A DNA stretch of 64,000 nucleotides from Eledone cirrhosa (lineage: Eukaryota). Shown here piece after piece: positions 50,831 to 63,122 of the stretch. Positions within the stretch are counted from its first letter, which is position 1, and each line of letters begins with the position of its first letter. Under the pieces are notes generated by a model that saw only the letters and a program-made list of their open reading frames with translations, was not told where the DNA came from and did not search any database. A program made the position numbers and the translations under genes. The stretch spans positions 410,936,001 to 411,000,000 of the forward strand of contig OZ024741.1 of the NCBI GenBank assembly GCA_964016885.1, written 5' to 3'.

Positions 50831-53800
50831 CTTGACAGCTAATAACTGATGCAGGTAGTTTGTTCCATGGTGGTTTTATAGGATGCAGTGTCTCGACAGC
50901 TAACAACTGATGCAGGTAGTTTGTTCCATGGAGGTTTTAAAGGATGCAGTGTCTCGACAGCTAACAACTGATGCAGTTAGTTTGTTCCATGGAGGTTTTA
51001 AAGGATGCAGTGTCTCGACAGCTAACAACTGATGCAGGTAGTTTGTTCCATGGAGGTTTTAAAGGATGCAGTGTCTCGACAGCTAACAACTGATGCAGGT
51101 AGTTTGTTCCATGGAGGTTTTAAAGGATGCAGTGTTTCGACACCTAACAACTGATGCAGGTAGTTTGTTCCATGGAGGTTTTAAAGGATGCAGTGTCTCG
51201 ACACCTAACAATTGATGCAGTTAGTTTGTTCCATGAAGGTTTTAAAGGATGCAGTGTCTCGACAGCTAATAACTGATGCAGGTAGTTTGTTCCATGGAGG
51301 TTTTAAAGGATGCAGTGTCTCGACAGCTAACAACTGATGCAGGTAGTTTGTTCCATGGAGGTTTTAATGGATGCAGTGTCTCGACAGCTAACAACTGATG
51401 CAGGTAGTTTGTTCCATGGAGGTTTTAAAGGATGCAGTGTCTCGACAGCTAACAACTGATGCAGGTAGTTTGTTCCATGGAGGTTTTAAAGGATGCAGTG
51501 TTTCGACACCTAACAACTGATGCAGGTAGTTTGTTCCATGGAGGTTTTAAAGGATGCAGTGTCTCGACAGCTAATAACTGATGCAGGTAGTTTGTTCCAT
51601 GGAGGTTTTAAAGGATGCAGTGTCTCGACAGCTAACAACTGATGCAGGTAGTTTGTTCCATGGAGGTTTTAAAGGATGCAGTGTCTCGACAGCTAACAAC
51701 TGATGCATTTAGTTTGTTCCATGGAGGTTTTAAAGGATGCAGTGTCTCGACAGCTAACAACTGATGCAGGTAGTTTGTTCCATGGAGGTTTTAAAGGATG
51801 TAGTGTCTCGACAGCTAACAACTGATGCAGGTAGTTTGTTCCATGGAGGTTTTAAAGGATGCAGTGTCTCGACAGCTAACAACTGATGCAGGTAGTTTGT
51901 TCCATGGAGGTTTTAAAGGATGCAGTGTCTCGACAGCTAACAACTGATGCAGGTAGTTTGTTCCATGGAGGTTTTAAAGGATGCAGTGTCTCGACAGCTA
52001 ATAACTGATGCATTTAGTTTGTTCCATGGAGGTTTTAAAGGATGCAGTGTCTCGACAGCTAACAACTGATGCAGGTAGTTTGTTCCATGGAGGTGTTAAA
52101 GGATGTAGTGTCTCGACAGCTAACAACTGATGCAGGTAGTTTGTTCCATGGAGGTTTTAAAGGATGCAGTGTCTCGTCAGCTAACAACTGATGCAGGTAG
52201 TTTGTTCCATGGAGGTTTTAAAGGATGCAGTGTCTCGACAGCTAACAACTGATGCAGGTAGTTTGTTCCATGGAGGTTTTAAAGGATGCAGTGTCTCGAC
52301 AGCTAACAACTGATGCAGGTAGTTTGTTCCATGGTGGTTTTAAAGGATGCAGTGTTTCGACAGCTAACAACTGATGCAGGTAGTTTGTTCCATGGAGGTT
52401 TCAAAGGATGCAGTGTCTTGACAGCTAATAACTGATGCAGGTAGTTTGTTCCATGGAGGTTTTAAAGGATGCAATGCCTCGACAGCTAACAACTGATGCA
52501 GGTAGTTTGTTCCATGGAGGTTTTAAAGGAAGCAGTGTCTTGACAGCTAATAACTGATGCAGGTAGTTTGTTCCATGGAGGTTTTAAAGGATGCAGTGTC
52601 TCGACAGCTAACAACTGATGCAGGTAGTTTGGTCCATGGAGGTTTTAAAGGATGCAGTGTCTCGACAGCTAACAACTGATGCAGGTAGTTTGTTCCATGG
52701 AGGTTTTAAAGGATGCAGTGTTTCGACACCTAACAACTGATGCAGGTAGTTTGTTCCATGGAGGTTTTAAAGGATGCAGTGTCTCGACAGCTAACAACTG
52801 ATGCAGGTAGTTTGTTCCATGGAGGTTTTAAAGGATGCAGTGTTTCGACAGCTAACAACTGATGCAGGTAGTTTGTTCCATGGAGGTTTTAAAGGATGCA
52901 GTGTCTTGACAGCTAATAACTGATGCAGGTAGTTTGTTCCATGGAGGTTTTAAAGGATGCAGTGTCTAGACAGCTAATAACTGATGCAGGTAGTTTGTTC
53001 CATGGAGGTTTTAAAGGATGCAGTGTCTCGACAGCTAACAACTGATGCAGGTAGTTTGTTCCATGGAGGTTTTAAAGGATGCAGTGTCTCGACAGCTAAC
53101 AACTGATGCAGGTAGTTTGTTCCATGGAGGTTTTAAAGGATGCAGTGTCTCGACAGCTAACAACTGATGCAGGTAGTTTGTTCCATGGAGGTTTTAAAGG
53201 ATGCAGTGTCTCGACAGCTAACAACTGATGCAGGTAGTTTGTTCCATGGAGGTTTTAAAGGATGCAGTGTCTTGACAGCTAATAACTGATGCAGGTAGTT
53301 TGTTCCATGGAGGTTTTAAAGGATGCAGTGTCTAGACAGCTAATAACTGATGCAGGTAGTTTGTTCCATGGAGGTTTTAAAGGATGCAGTGTCTCGACAG
53401 CTAACAATTGATGCAGGTAGTTTGTTCCATGGAGGTTTTAAAGGATGCAGTGTCTCGACAGCTAACAACTGATGCAGGTAGTTTGTTCCATGGAGGTTTT
53501 AAAGGATGCAGTGTCTCGACAGCTAACAACTGATGCAGGTAGTTTGTTCCATGGAGGTTTTAAAGGATGCAGTGTCTCGACAGCTAACAACTGATGCAGG
53601 TAGTTTGTTCCATGGAGGTTTTAAAGGATGCAGTGTCTTGACAGCTAATAACTGATGCAGGTAGTTTGTTCCATGGAGGTTTTAAAGGATGCAGTGTCTA
53701 AACAGCTAATAACTGATGCAGGTAGTTTGTTCCATGGAGGTTTTAAAGGATGCAGTGTCTCGACAGCTAACAACTGATGCAGGTAGTTTGTTCCATGGAG

Positions 53801-54049
53801 GTTTTAAAGGATGCAGTGTCTCGACAGCTAACAACTGATGCAGGTAGTTTGTTCCATGGAGGTTTTAAAGTATGCAGTGTCTCGACAGCTAACAACTGAT
53901 GGAGTTAGTTTGTTCCATGGAGGTTTTAAAGGATGCAGTGTCTCGACAGCTAACAACTGATGCAGGTAGTTTGTTCCATGGAGGTTTTAAAGGATGCAGT
54001 GTCTCGACAGCTAACAACTGATGCAGGTAGTTTGTTCCATGGAGGTTTT

Positions 54050-57000
54050 AAAGGATGCAGTGTCTCGACAGCTAACAACTGATGCAGGTAGTTTGTTCCA
54101 TGGAGGTTTTAAAGGATGCAGTGTCTCGACAGCTAACAACTGATGCAGGTAGTTTGTTCCATGGAGGTTTTAAAGGATGCAGTGTCTAGACAGCTAATAA
54201 CTGATGCATGTAGTTTGTTCCATGGAGGTTTTAAAGGATGCAGTGTCTCGACAGCTAACAACTGATGCAGGTAGTTTGTTCCATGGAGGTTTTAAAGGAT
54301 GCAGTGTCTCGACAGCTAACAACAGATGCAGTTAGTTTGTTCCATGGAGGTTTTAATGGATGCAGTGTCTCGACAGCTAACAACTGATGCAGGTAGTTTG
54401 TTCCATGGAGGTTTTAAAGGATGCAGTGTCTCGACAGCTAACAACTGTTGCAGTTAGTTTGTTCCATGGAGGTTTTAATGGATGCAGTGTCTCGACAGCT
54501 AACAACTGATGCAGGTAGTTTGTTCCATGGAGGTTTTAAAGGATGCAGTGTCTCGACAGCTAACAACTGATGCAGGTAGTTTGTTCCATGGAGGTTTTAA
54601 AGGATGCAGTGTTTCGACACCTAACAACTGATGCAGGTAGTTTGTTCCATGGAGGTTTTAAAGGATGCAGTGTCTCGACAGCTAATAACTGATGCAGGTA
54701 GTTTGTTCCATGGAGGTTTTAAAGGATGCAGTGTCTCGACAGCTAACAACTGATGCAGGTAGTTTGTTCCATGGAGGTTTTAAAGGATGCAGTGTCTCGA
54801 CAGCTAACAACTGATGCATTTAGTTTGTTCCATGGAGGTTTTAAAGGATGCAGTGTCTCGACAGCTAACAACTGATGCAGGTAGTTTGTTCCATGGAGGG
54901 TTTAAAGGATGCAGTGTCTCGACAGCTAACAACTGATGCAGGTAGTTTGTTCCATGGAGGTTTTAAAGGATGCAGTGTCTCGACAGCTAACAACTGATGC
55001 AGGTAGTTTGTTCCATGGAGGTTTTAAAGTATGCAGTGTCTCGACAGCTAACAACTGATGCAGGTAGTTTGTTCCATGGAGGTTTTAAAGGATGCAGTGT
55101 CTCGACAGCTAACAACTGATGCAGGTAGTTTGTTCCATGGAGGTTTTAAAGGATGCAGTGTTTCGACAGCTAACAACTGATGCAGGTAGTTTGTTCCATG
55201 GAGGTTTTAAAGAATGCAGTGTCTCGACAGCTAATAACTGATGCAGGTAGTTTGTTCCATGGAGGTTTTAAAGGATGCAGTGTCTCGACAGCTAACAACT
55301 GATGCAGGTAGTTTGTTCCATGGAGGTTTTAAAGGATGCAGTGTCTCGACAGCTAACAACTGATGCAGGTAGTTTGTTCCATGGAGGTTTTAAAGGATGC
55401 AGTGTTTCGACAGCTAACAACTGATGCAGGTAGTTTGTTCCATGGAGGTTTTAAAGGATGCAGTGTCTCGACAGCTAACAACTGATGCAGGTAGTTTGTT
55501 CCATGGAGGTTTTAAAGGATGCAGTGTCTCGACAGCTAACAACTGATGCATTTAGTTTGTTCCATGGAGGTTTTAAAGGATGCAGTGTCTCGACAGCTAA
55601 CAACTGATGCAGGTAGTTTGTTCCATGGAGGGTTTAAAGGATGCAGTGTCTCGACAGCTAACAACTGATGCAGGTAGTTTGTTCCATGGAGGTTTTAAAG
55701 GATGCAGTGTCTCGACAGCTAACAACTGATGCAGGTAGTTTGTTCCATGGAGGTTTTAAAGTATGCAGTGTCTCGACAGCTAACAACTGATGCAGGTAGT
55801 TTGTTCCATGGAGGTTTTAAAGGATGCAGTGTTTCGACAGCTATCAACTGATGCAGGTAGTTTGTTCCATGGAGGTTTTAAAGGATGCAGTGTCTTGACA
55901 GCTAATAACTGATGCAGGTAGTTTGTTCCATGGAGGTTTTAAAGGATGCAGTGTCTAGACAGCTAATAACTGATGCAGGTAGTTTGTTCCATGGAGGTTT
56001 TAAAGGATGCAGTGTCTCGACAGCTAACAACTGATGCAGGTAGTTTGTTCCATGGAGGTTTTAAAGGATGCAGTGTTTCGACAGCTAACAACTGATGCAG
56101 GTAGTTTGTTCCATGGAGGTTTTAAAGGATGCAGTGTCTCGACAGCTAACAACTGATGCAGGTAGTTTGTTCCATGGAGGTTTTAAAGGATGCAGTGTCT
56201 CGACAGCTAACAACTGATGCAGGTAGTTTGTTCCATGGAGGTTTTAAAGGATGCAGCGTCTCGACAGCTAACAACTGATGCAGGTAGTTTGTTCCATGGA
56301 GGTTTTAAAGGATGCAGTGTTTCGACAGCTAACAACTGATGCAGGTAGTTTGTTCCATGGAGGTTTTAAAGGATGCAGTGTCTTGACAGCTAATAACTGA
56401 TGCAGGTAGTTTGTTCCATGGAGGTTTTAAAGGATGCAGTGTCTAAACAGCTAATAACTGATGCAGGTAGTTTGTTCCATGGAGGTTTTAAAGGATGCAG
56501 TGTCTCGACAGCTAACAACTGATGCAGGTAGTTTGTTCCATGGAGGTTTTAAAGGATGCAGTGTCTCGACAGCTAACAACTGATGCAGGTAGTTTGTTCC
56601 ATGGAGGTTTTAAAGGATGCAGTGTCTAGACAGCTAATAACTGATGCATGTAGTTTGTTCCATGGAGGTTTTAAAGGATGCAGTGTCTCGACAGCTAACA
56701 ACTGATGCAGGTAGTTTGTTCCATGGAGGTTTTAAAGGATGCAGTGTCTCGACAGCTAACAACTGATGCAGTTAGTTTGTTCCATGGAGGTTTTAATGGA
56801 TGCAGTGTCTCGACAGCTAACAACTGATGCAGGTAGTTTGTTCCATGGAGGTTTTAAAGGATGCAGTGTCTCGACAGCTAACAACTGTTGCAGTTAGTTT
56901 GTTCCATGGAGGTTTTAATGGATGCAGTGTCTCGACAGCTAACAACTGATGCAGGTAGTTTGTTCCATGGAGGTTTTAAAGGATGCAGTGTCTCGACAGC

Positions 57001-59040
57001 TAACAACTGATGCAGGTAGTTTGTTCCATGGAGGTTTTAAAGGATGCAGTGTTTCGACACCTAACAACTGATGCAGGTAGTTTGTTCCATGGAGGTTTTA
57101 AAGGATGCAGTGTCTCGACAGCTAATAACTGATGCAGGTAGTTTGTTCCATGGAGGTTTTAAAGGATGCAGTGTCTCGACAGCTAACAACTGATGCAGGT
57201 AGTTTGTTCCATGGAGGTTTTAAAGGATGCAGTGTCTCGACAGCTAACAACTGATGCATTTAGTTTGTTCCATGGAGGTTTTAAAGGATGCAGTGTCTCG
57301 ACAGCTAACAACTGATGCAGGTAGTTTGTTCCATGGAGGGTTTAAAGGATGCAGTGTCTCGACAGCTAACAACTGATGCAGGTAGTTTGTTCCATGGAGG
57401 TTTTAAAGGATGCAGTGTCTCGACAGCTAACAACTGATGCAGGTAGTTTGTTCCATGGAGGTTTTAAAGTATGCAGTGTCTCGACAGCTAACAACTGATG
57501 CAGGTAGTTTGTTCCATGGAGGTTTTAAAGGATGCAGTGTCTCGACAGCTAACAACTGATGCAGGTAGTTTGTTCCATGGAGGTTTTAAAGGATGCAGTG
57601 TTTCGACAGCTAACAACTGATGCAGGTAGTTTGTTCCATGGAGGTTTTAAAGAATGCAGTGTCTCGACAGCTAATAACTGATGCAGGTAGTTTGTTCCAT
57701 GGAGGTTTTAAAGGATGCAGTGTCTCGACAGCTAACAACTGATGCAGGTAGTTTGTTCCATGGAGGTTTTAAAGGATGCAGTGTCTCGACAGCTAACAAC
57801 TGATGCAGGTAGTTTGTTCCATGGAGGTTTTAAAGGATGCAGTGTTTCGACAGCTAACAACTGATGCAGGTAGTTTGTTCCATGGAGGTTTTAAAGGATG
57901 CAGTGTCTCGACAGCTAACAACTGATGCAGGTAGTTTGTTCCATGGAGGTTTTAAAGGATGCAGTGTCTCGACAGCTAACAACTGATGCATTTAGTTTGT
58001 TCCATGGAGGTTTTAAAGGATGCAGTGTCTCGACAGCTAACAACTGATGCAGGTAGTTTGTTCCATGGAGGGTTTAAAGGATGCAGTGTCTCGACAGCTA
58101 ACAACTGATGCAGGTAGTTTGTTCCATGGAGGTTTTAAAGGATGCAGTGTCTCGACAGCTAACAACTGATGCAGGTAGTTTGTTCCATGGAGGTTTTAAA
58201 GTATGCAGTGTCTCGACAGCTAACAACTGATGCAGGTAGTTTGTTCCATGGAGGTTTTAAAGGATGCAGTGTTTCGACAGCTATCAACTGATGCAGGTAG
58301 TTTGTTCCATGGAGGTTTTAAAGGATGCAGTGTCTTGACAGCTAATAACTGATGCAGGTAGTTTGTTCCATGGAGGTTTTAAAGGATGCAGTGTCTAGAC
58401 AGCTAATAACTGATGCAGGTAGTTTGTTCCATGGAGGTTTTAAAGGATGCAGTGTCTCGACAGCTAACAACTGATGCAGGTAGTTTGTTCCATGGAGGTT
58501 TTAAAGGATGCAGTGTTTCGACAGCTAACAACTGATGCAGGTAGTTTGTTCCATGGAGGTTTTAAAGGATGCAGTGTCTCGACAGCTAACAACTGATGCA
58601 GGTAGTTTGTTCCATGGAGGTTTTAAAGGATGCAGTGTCTCGACAGCTAACAACTGATGCAGGTAGTTTGTTCCATGGAGGTTTTAAAGGATGCAGCGTC
58701 TCGACAGCTAACAACTGATGCAGGTAGTTTGTTCCATGGAGGTTTTAAAGGATGCAGTGTTTCGACAGCTAACAACTGATGCAGGTAGTTTGTTCCATGG
58801 AGGTTTTAAAGGATGCAGTGTCTTGACAGCTAATAACTGATGCAGGTAGTTTGTTCCATGGAGGTTTTAAAGGATGCAGTGTCTAAACAGCTAATAACTG
58901 ATGCAGGTAGTTTGTTCCATGGAGGTTTTAAAGGATGCAGTGTCTCGACAGCTAACAACTGATGCAGGTAGTTTGTTCCATGGAGGTTTTAAAGGATGCA
59001 GTGTCTCGACAGCTAACAACTGATGCAGGTAGTTTGTTCC
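54050..59040. repeat. Near-perfect tandem duplication of 40 monomers (2440 bp), containing an internal repeat with a 12-monomer offset
   Basis: ACAACTGTTG occurs at 54441 and 56881, ATGCAGCGTC at 56251 and 58691, and GTCTAAAC at 56441 and 58881 (2440 = 40x61). CCATGGAGGG occurs at 54891 and 55623 (732 = 12x61). Confidence 0.88.
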
Positions 59041-60779
59041 ATGGAGGTTTTAAAGTATGCAGTGTCTCGACAGCTAACAACTGATGGAGTTAGTTTGTTC
59101 CATGGAGGTTTTAAAGGATGCAGTGTCTCGACAGCTAACAACTGATGCAGGTAGTTTGTTCCATGGAGGTTTTAAAGGATGCAGTGTCTCGACAGCTAAC
59201 AACTGATGCAGGTAGTTTGTTCCATGGAGGTTTTAAAGGATGCAGTGTCTCGACAGCTAACAACTGATGCAGGTAGTTTGTTCCATGGAGGTTTTAAAGG
59301 ATGCAGTGTCTCGACAGCTAACAACTGATGCAGGTAGTTTGTTCCATGGAGGTTTCAAAGGATGCAGTGTCTCGACAGCTAACAACTGATGCAGGTAGTT
59401 TGTTCCATGGAGGTTTTAAAGGATGCAGTGTCTCGACAACTAACAACTGATGCAGGTAGTTTGTTCCATGGAGGTTTTAAAGGATGCAGTGTCTCGACAG
59501 CTAACAACTGATGCAGGTAGTTTGTTCCATGGAGGTTTCAAAGGATGCAGTGTCTCGACAGCTAACAACTGATGCAGGTAGTTTGTTCCATGGAGGTTTT
59601 AAAGGATGCAGTGTCTCGACAACTAACAACTGATGCAGGTAGTTTGTTCCATGGAGGTTTTAAAGGATGCAGTGTCTCGACAGCTAACAACTGATGCAGG
59701 TAGTTTGTTCCATGGAGGTTTCAAAGGATGCAGTGTCTCGACAGCTAACAACTGATGCAGGTAGTTTGTTCCATGGAGGTTTTAAAGGATGCAGTGTCTC
59801 GACAGCTAACAACTGATGCAGTTAGTTTGTTCCATGGAGGTTTTAAAGGATGCAGTGTCTCGACAGCTAACAACTGATGCAGGTAGTTTGTTCCATGGAG
59901 GTTTTAAAGGATGCAGTGTCTCGACAGCTAACAACTGATGCAGGTAGTTTGTTCCATGGAGGTTTTAAAGGATGCAGTGTTTCGACACCTAACAACTGAT
60001 GCAGGTAGTTTGTTCCATGGAGGTTTTAAAGGATGCAGTGTCTCGACACCTAACAATTGATGCAGTTAGTTTGTTCCATGGAGGTTTTAAAGGATGCAGT
60101 GTCTTGACAGCTAATAACTGATGCAGGTAGTTTGTTCCATGGAGGTTTTAAAGGATGCAGTGTCTCGACAGCTAACAACTGATGCAGGTAGTTTGGCCCA
60201 TGGAGGTTTTAAAGGATGCAGTGTCTCGACAGCTAACAACTGATGCAGGTAGTTTGTTCCATGGAGGTTTTAAAGGATGCAGTGTTTCGACACCTAACAA
60301 CTGATGCAGGTAGTTTGTTCCATGGAGGTTTTAAAGGATGCAGTGTCTCGACAGCTAACAACTGATGCAGGTAGTTTGTTGCATGGAGGTTTTAAAGGAT
60401 GCAGTGTCTCGACAGCTAACAACTGATGCATTTAGTTTGTTCCATGGAGGTTTTAAAGGATGCAGTGTCTCGACAGCTAACAACTGATGCAGGTAGTTTG
60501 TTCCATGGAGGGTTTAAAGGATGCAGTGTCTCGACAGCTAACAACTGATGCAGGTAGTTTGTTCCATGGAGGTTTTAAAGGATGCAGTGTCTCGACAGCT
60601 AACAACTGATGCAGGTAGTTTGTTCCATGGAGGTTTTAAAGTATGCAGTGTCTCGACAGCTAACAACTGATGCAGGTAGTTTGTTCCATGGAGGTTTTAA
60701 AGGATGCAGTGTCTCGACAGCTAACAACTGATGCAGGTAGTTTGTTCCATGGAGGTTTTAAAGGATGCAGTGTCTTGAC

Positions 60780-60783
60780 AGTA
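60780..60783. other. 1-bp deletion giving a 60-bp monomer (GACAGTAAC instead of GACAGCTAAC)
   Basis: Directly visible; the register shifts by one base. Confidence 0.93.
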
Positions 60784-63118
60784 ACAACTGATGCAGGTAG
60801 TTTGTTCCATGGAGGTTTTAAAGGATGCAGTGTCTCGACAGCTAACAACTGATGCAGGTAGTTTGTTCCATGGAGGTTTTAAAGGATGCAGTGTCTCGAC
60901 AGCTAACAACTGATGCAGGTAGTTTGTTCCATGGAGGTTTTAAAGGATGCAGTGTCTCGACAGCTAACAACTGATGCAGGTAGTTTGTTCCATGGAGGTT
61001 TTAAAGGATGCAGTGTCTCGACAGCTAACAACTGATGCAGGTAGTTTGTTCCATGGAGGTTTTAAAGGATGCAGTGTCTCGACAGCTAATAACTGATGCA
61101 GGTAGTTTGTTCCATGGAGGTTTTAAAGGATGCAGTGTCTCGACAGCTAACAACTGATGCAGGTAGTTTGTTCCATGGAGGTTTTAAAGGATGCAGTGTC
61201 TCGACAGCTAACAACTGATGCAGGTAGTTTGTTCCATGGAGGTTTTAAAGGATGCAGTGTCTCGACAGCTAACAACTGATGCAGGTAGTTTGTTCCATGG
61301 AGGGTTTAAAGGATGCAGTGTCTCGACAGCTAACAACTGATGCAGGTAGTTTGTTCCATGGAGGTTTTAAAGGATGCAGTGTCTCGACAGCTAATAACTG
61401 ATGCAGGTAGTTTGTTCCATGGAGGTTTTAAAGGATGCAGTGTCTAGACAGCTAATAACTGATGCAGGTAGTTTGTTCCATGGAGGTTTTAAAGGATGCA
61501 GTGTCTCGACAGCTAACAACTGATGCAGGTAGTTTGTTCCATGGAGGTTTTAAAGGATGCAGTGTCTCGACAGCTAACAACTGATGCAGGTAGTTTGTTC
61601 CATGGAGGTTTTAAAGGATGCAGTGTCTCGACAGCTAACAACTGATGCAGGTAGTTTGTTCCATGGAGGTTTTAAAGGATGCAGTGTCTCGACAGCTAAC
61701 AACTGATGCAGGTAGTTTGTTCCATGGAGGTTTTAAAGGATGCAGTGTCTCGACAGCTAACAACTGATGCAGGTAGTTTGTTCCATGGAGGTTTTAAAGG
61801 ATGCAGTGTCTCGACAGCTAACAACTGATGCAGGTAGTTTGTTCCATGGAGGTTTTAAAGGATGCAGTGTCTCGACAGCTAACAACTGATGCAGGTAGTT
61901 TGTTCCATGGAGGTTTTAAAGGATGCAGTGTCTCGACAGCTAACAACTGATGCAGGTAGTTTGTTCCATGGAGGTTTTAAAGGATGCAGTGTCTCGACAG
62001 CTAACAACTGATGCAGGTAGTTTGTTCCATGGAGGTTTTAAAGGATGCAGTGTCTCGACAGCTAACAACTGATGCAGGTAGTTTGTTCCATGGAGGGTTT
62101 AAAGGATGCAGTGTCTCGACAGCTAACAACTGATGCATTTAGTTTGTTCCATGGAGGTTTTAAAGGATGCAGTGTCTCGACAGCTAACAACTGATGCAGG
62201 TAGTTTGTTCCATGGAGGGTTTAAAGGATGCAGTGTCTCGACAGCTAACAACTGATGCAGGTAGTTTGTTCCATGGAGGTTTTAAAGGATGCAGTGTCTC
62301 GACAGCTAACAACTGATGCAGGTAGTTTGTTCCATGGAGGTTTTAAAGTATGCAGTGTCTCGACAGCTAACAACTGATGCAGGTAGTTTGTTCCATGGAG
62401 GTTTTAAAGGATGCAGTGTTTCGACAGCTAACAACTGATGCAGGTAGTTTGTTCCATGGAGGTTTTAAAGGATGCAGTGTCTTGACAGCTAATAACTGAT
62501 GCAGGTAGTTTGTTCCATGGAGGTTTTAAAGGATGCAGTGTCTAGACAGCTAATAACTGATGCAGGTAGTTTGTTCCATGGAGGTTTTAAAGGATGCAGT
62601 GTCTCGACAGCTAACAACTGATGCAGGTAGTTTGTTCCATGGAGGTTTTAAAGGATGCAGTGTCTCGACAGCTAACAACTGATGCAGGTAGTTTGTTCCA
62701 TGGAGGTTTTAAAGGATGCAGTGTCTCGACAGCTAACAACTGATGCAGGTAGTTTGTTCCATGGAGGTTTTAAAGGATGCAGTGTCTCGACAGCTAACAA
62801 CTGATGCAGGTAGTTTGTTCCATGGAGGTTTTAAAGGATGCAGTGTTTCGACAGCTAACAACTGATGCAGGTAGTTTGTTCCATGGAGGTTTTAAAGGAT
62901 GCAGTGTCTTGACAGCTAATAACTGATGCAGGTAGTTTGTTCCATGGAGGTTTTAAAGGATGCAGTGTCTAGACAGCTAATAACTGATGCAGGTAGTTTG
63001 TTCCATGGAGGTTTTAAAGGATGCAGTGTCTCGACAGCTAACAACTGATGCAGGTAGTTTGTTCCATGGAGGTTTTAAAGGATGCAGTGTCTCGACAGCT
63101 AACAACTGATGCAGGTAG

Positions 63119-63122
63119 TTTT
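63119..63122. other. 1-bp T insertion giving a 62-bp monomer (GTAGTTTTGTT)
   Basis: Directly visible extension of a T run; could be a sequencing error. Confidence 0.88.

Noticed and set aside
60660-60909. Three ORFs of 60-62 aa
   Set aside because: Same artefact, caused by the 1-bp deletion at about 60781.
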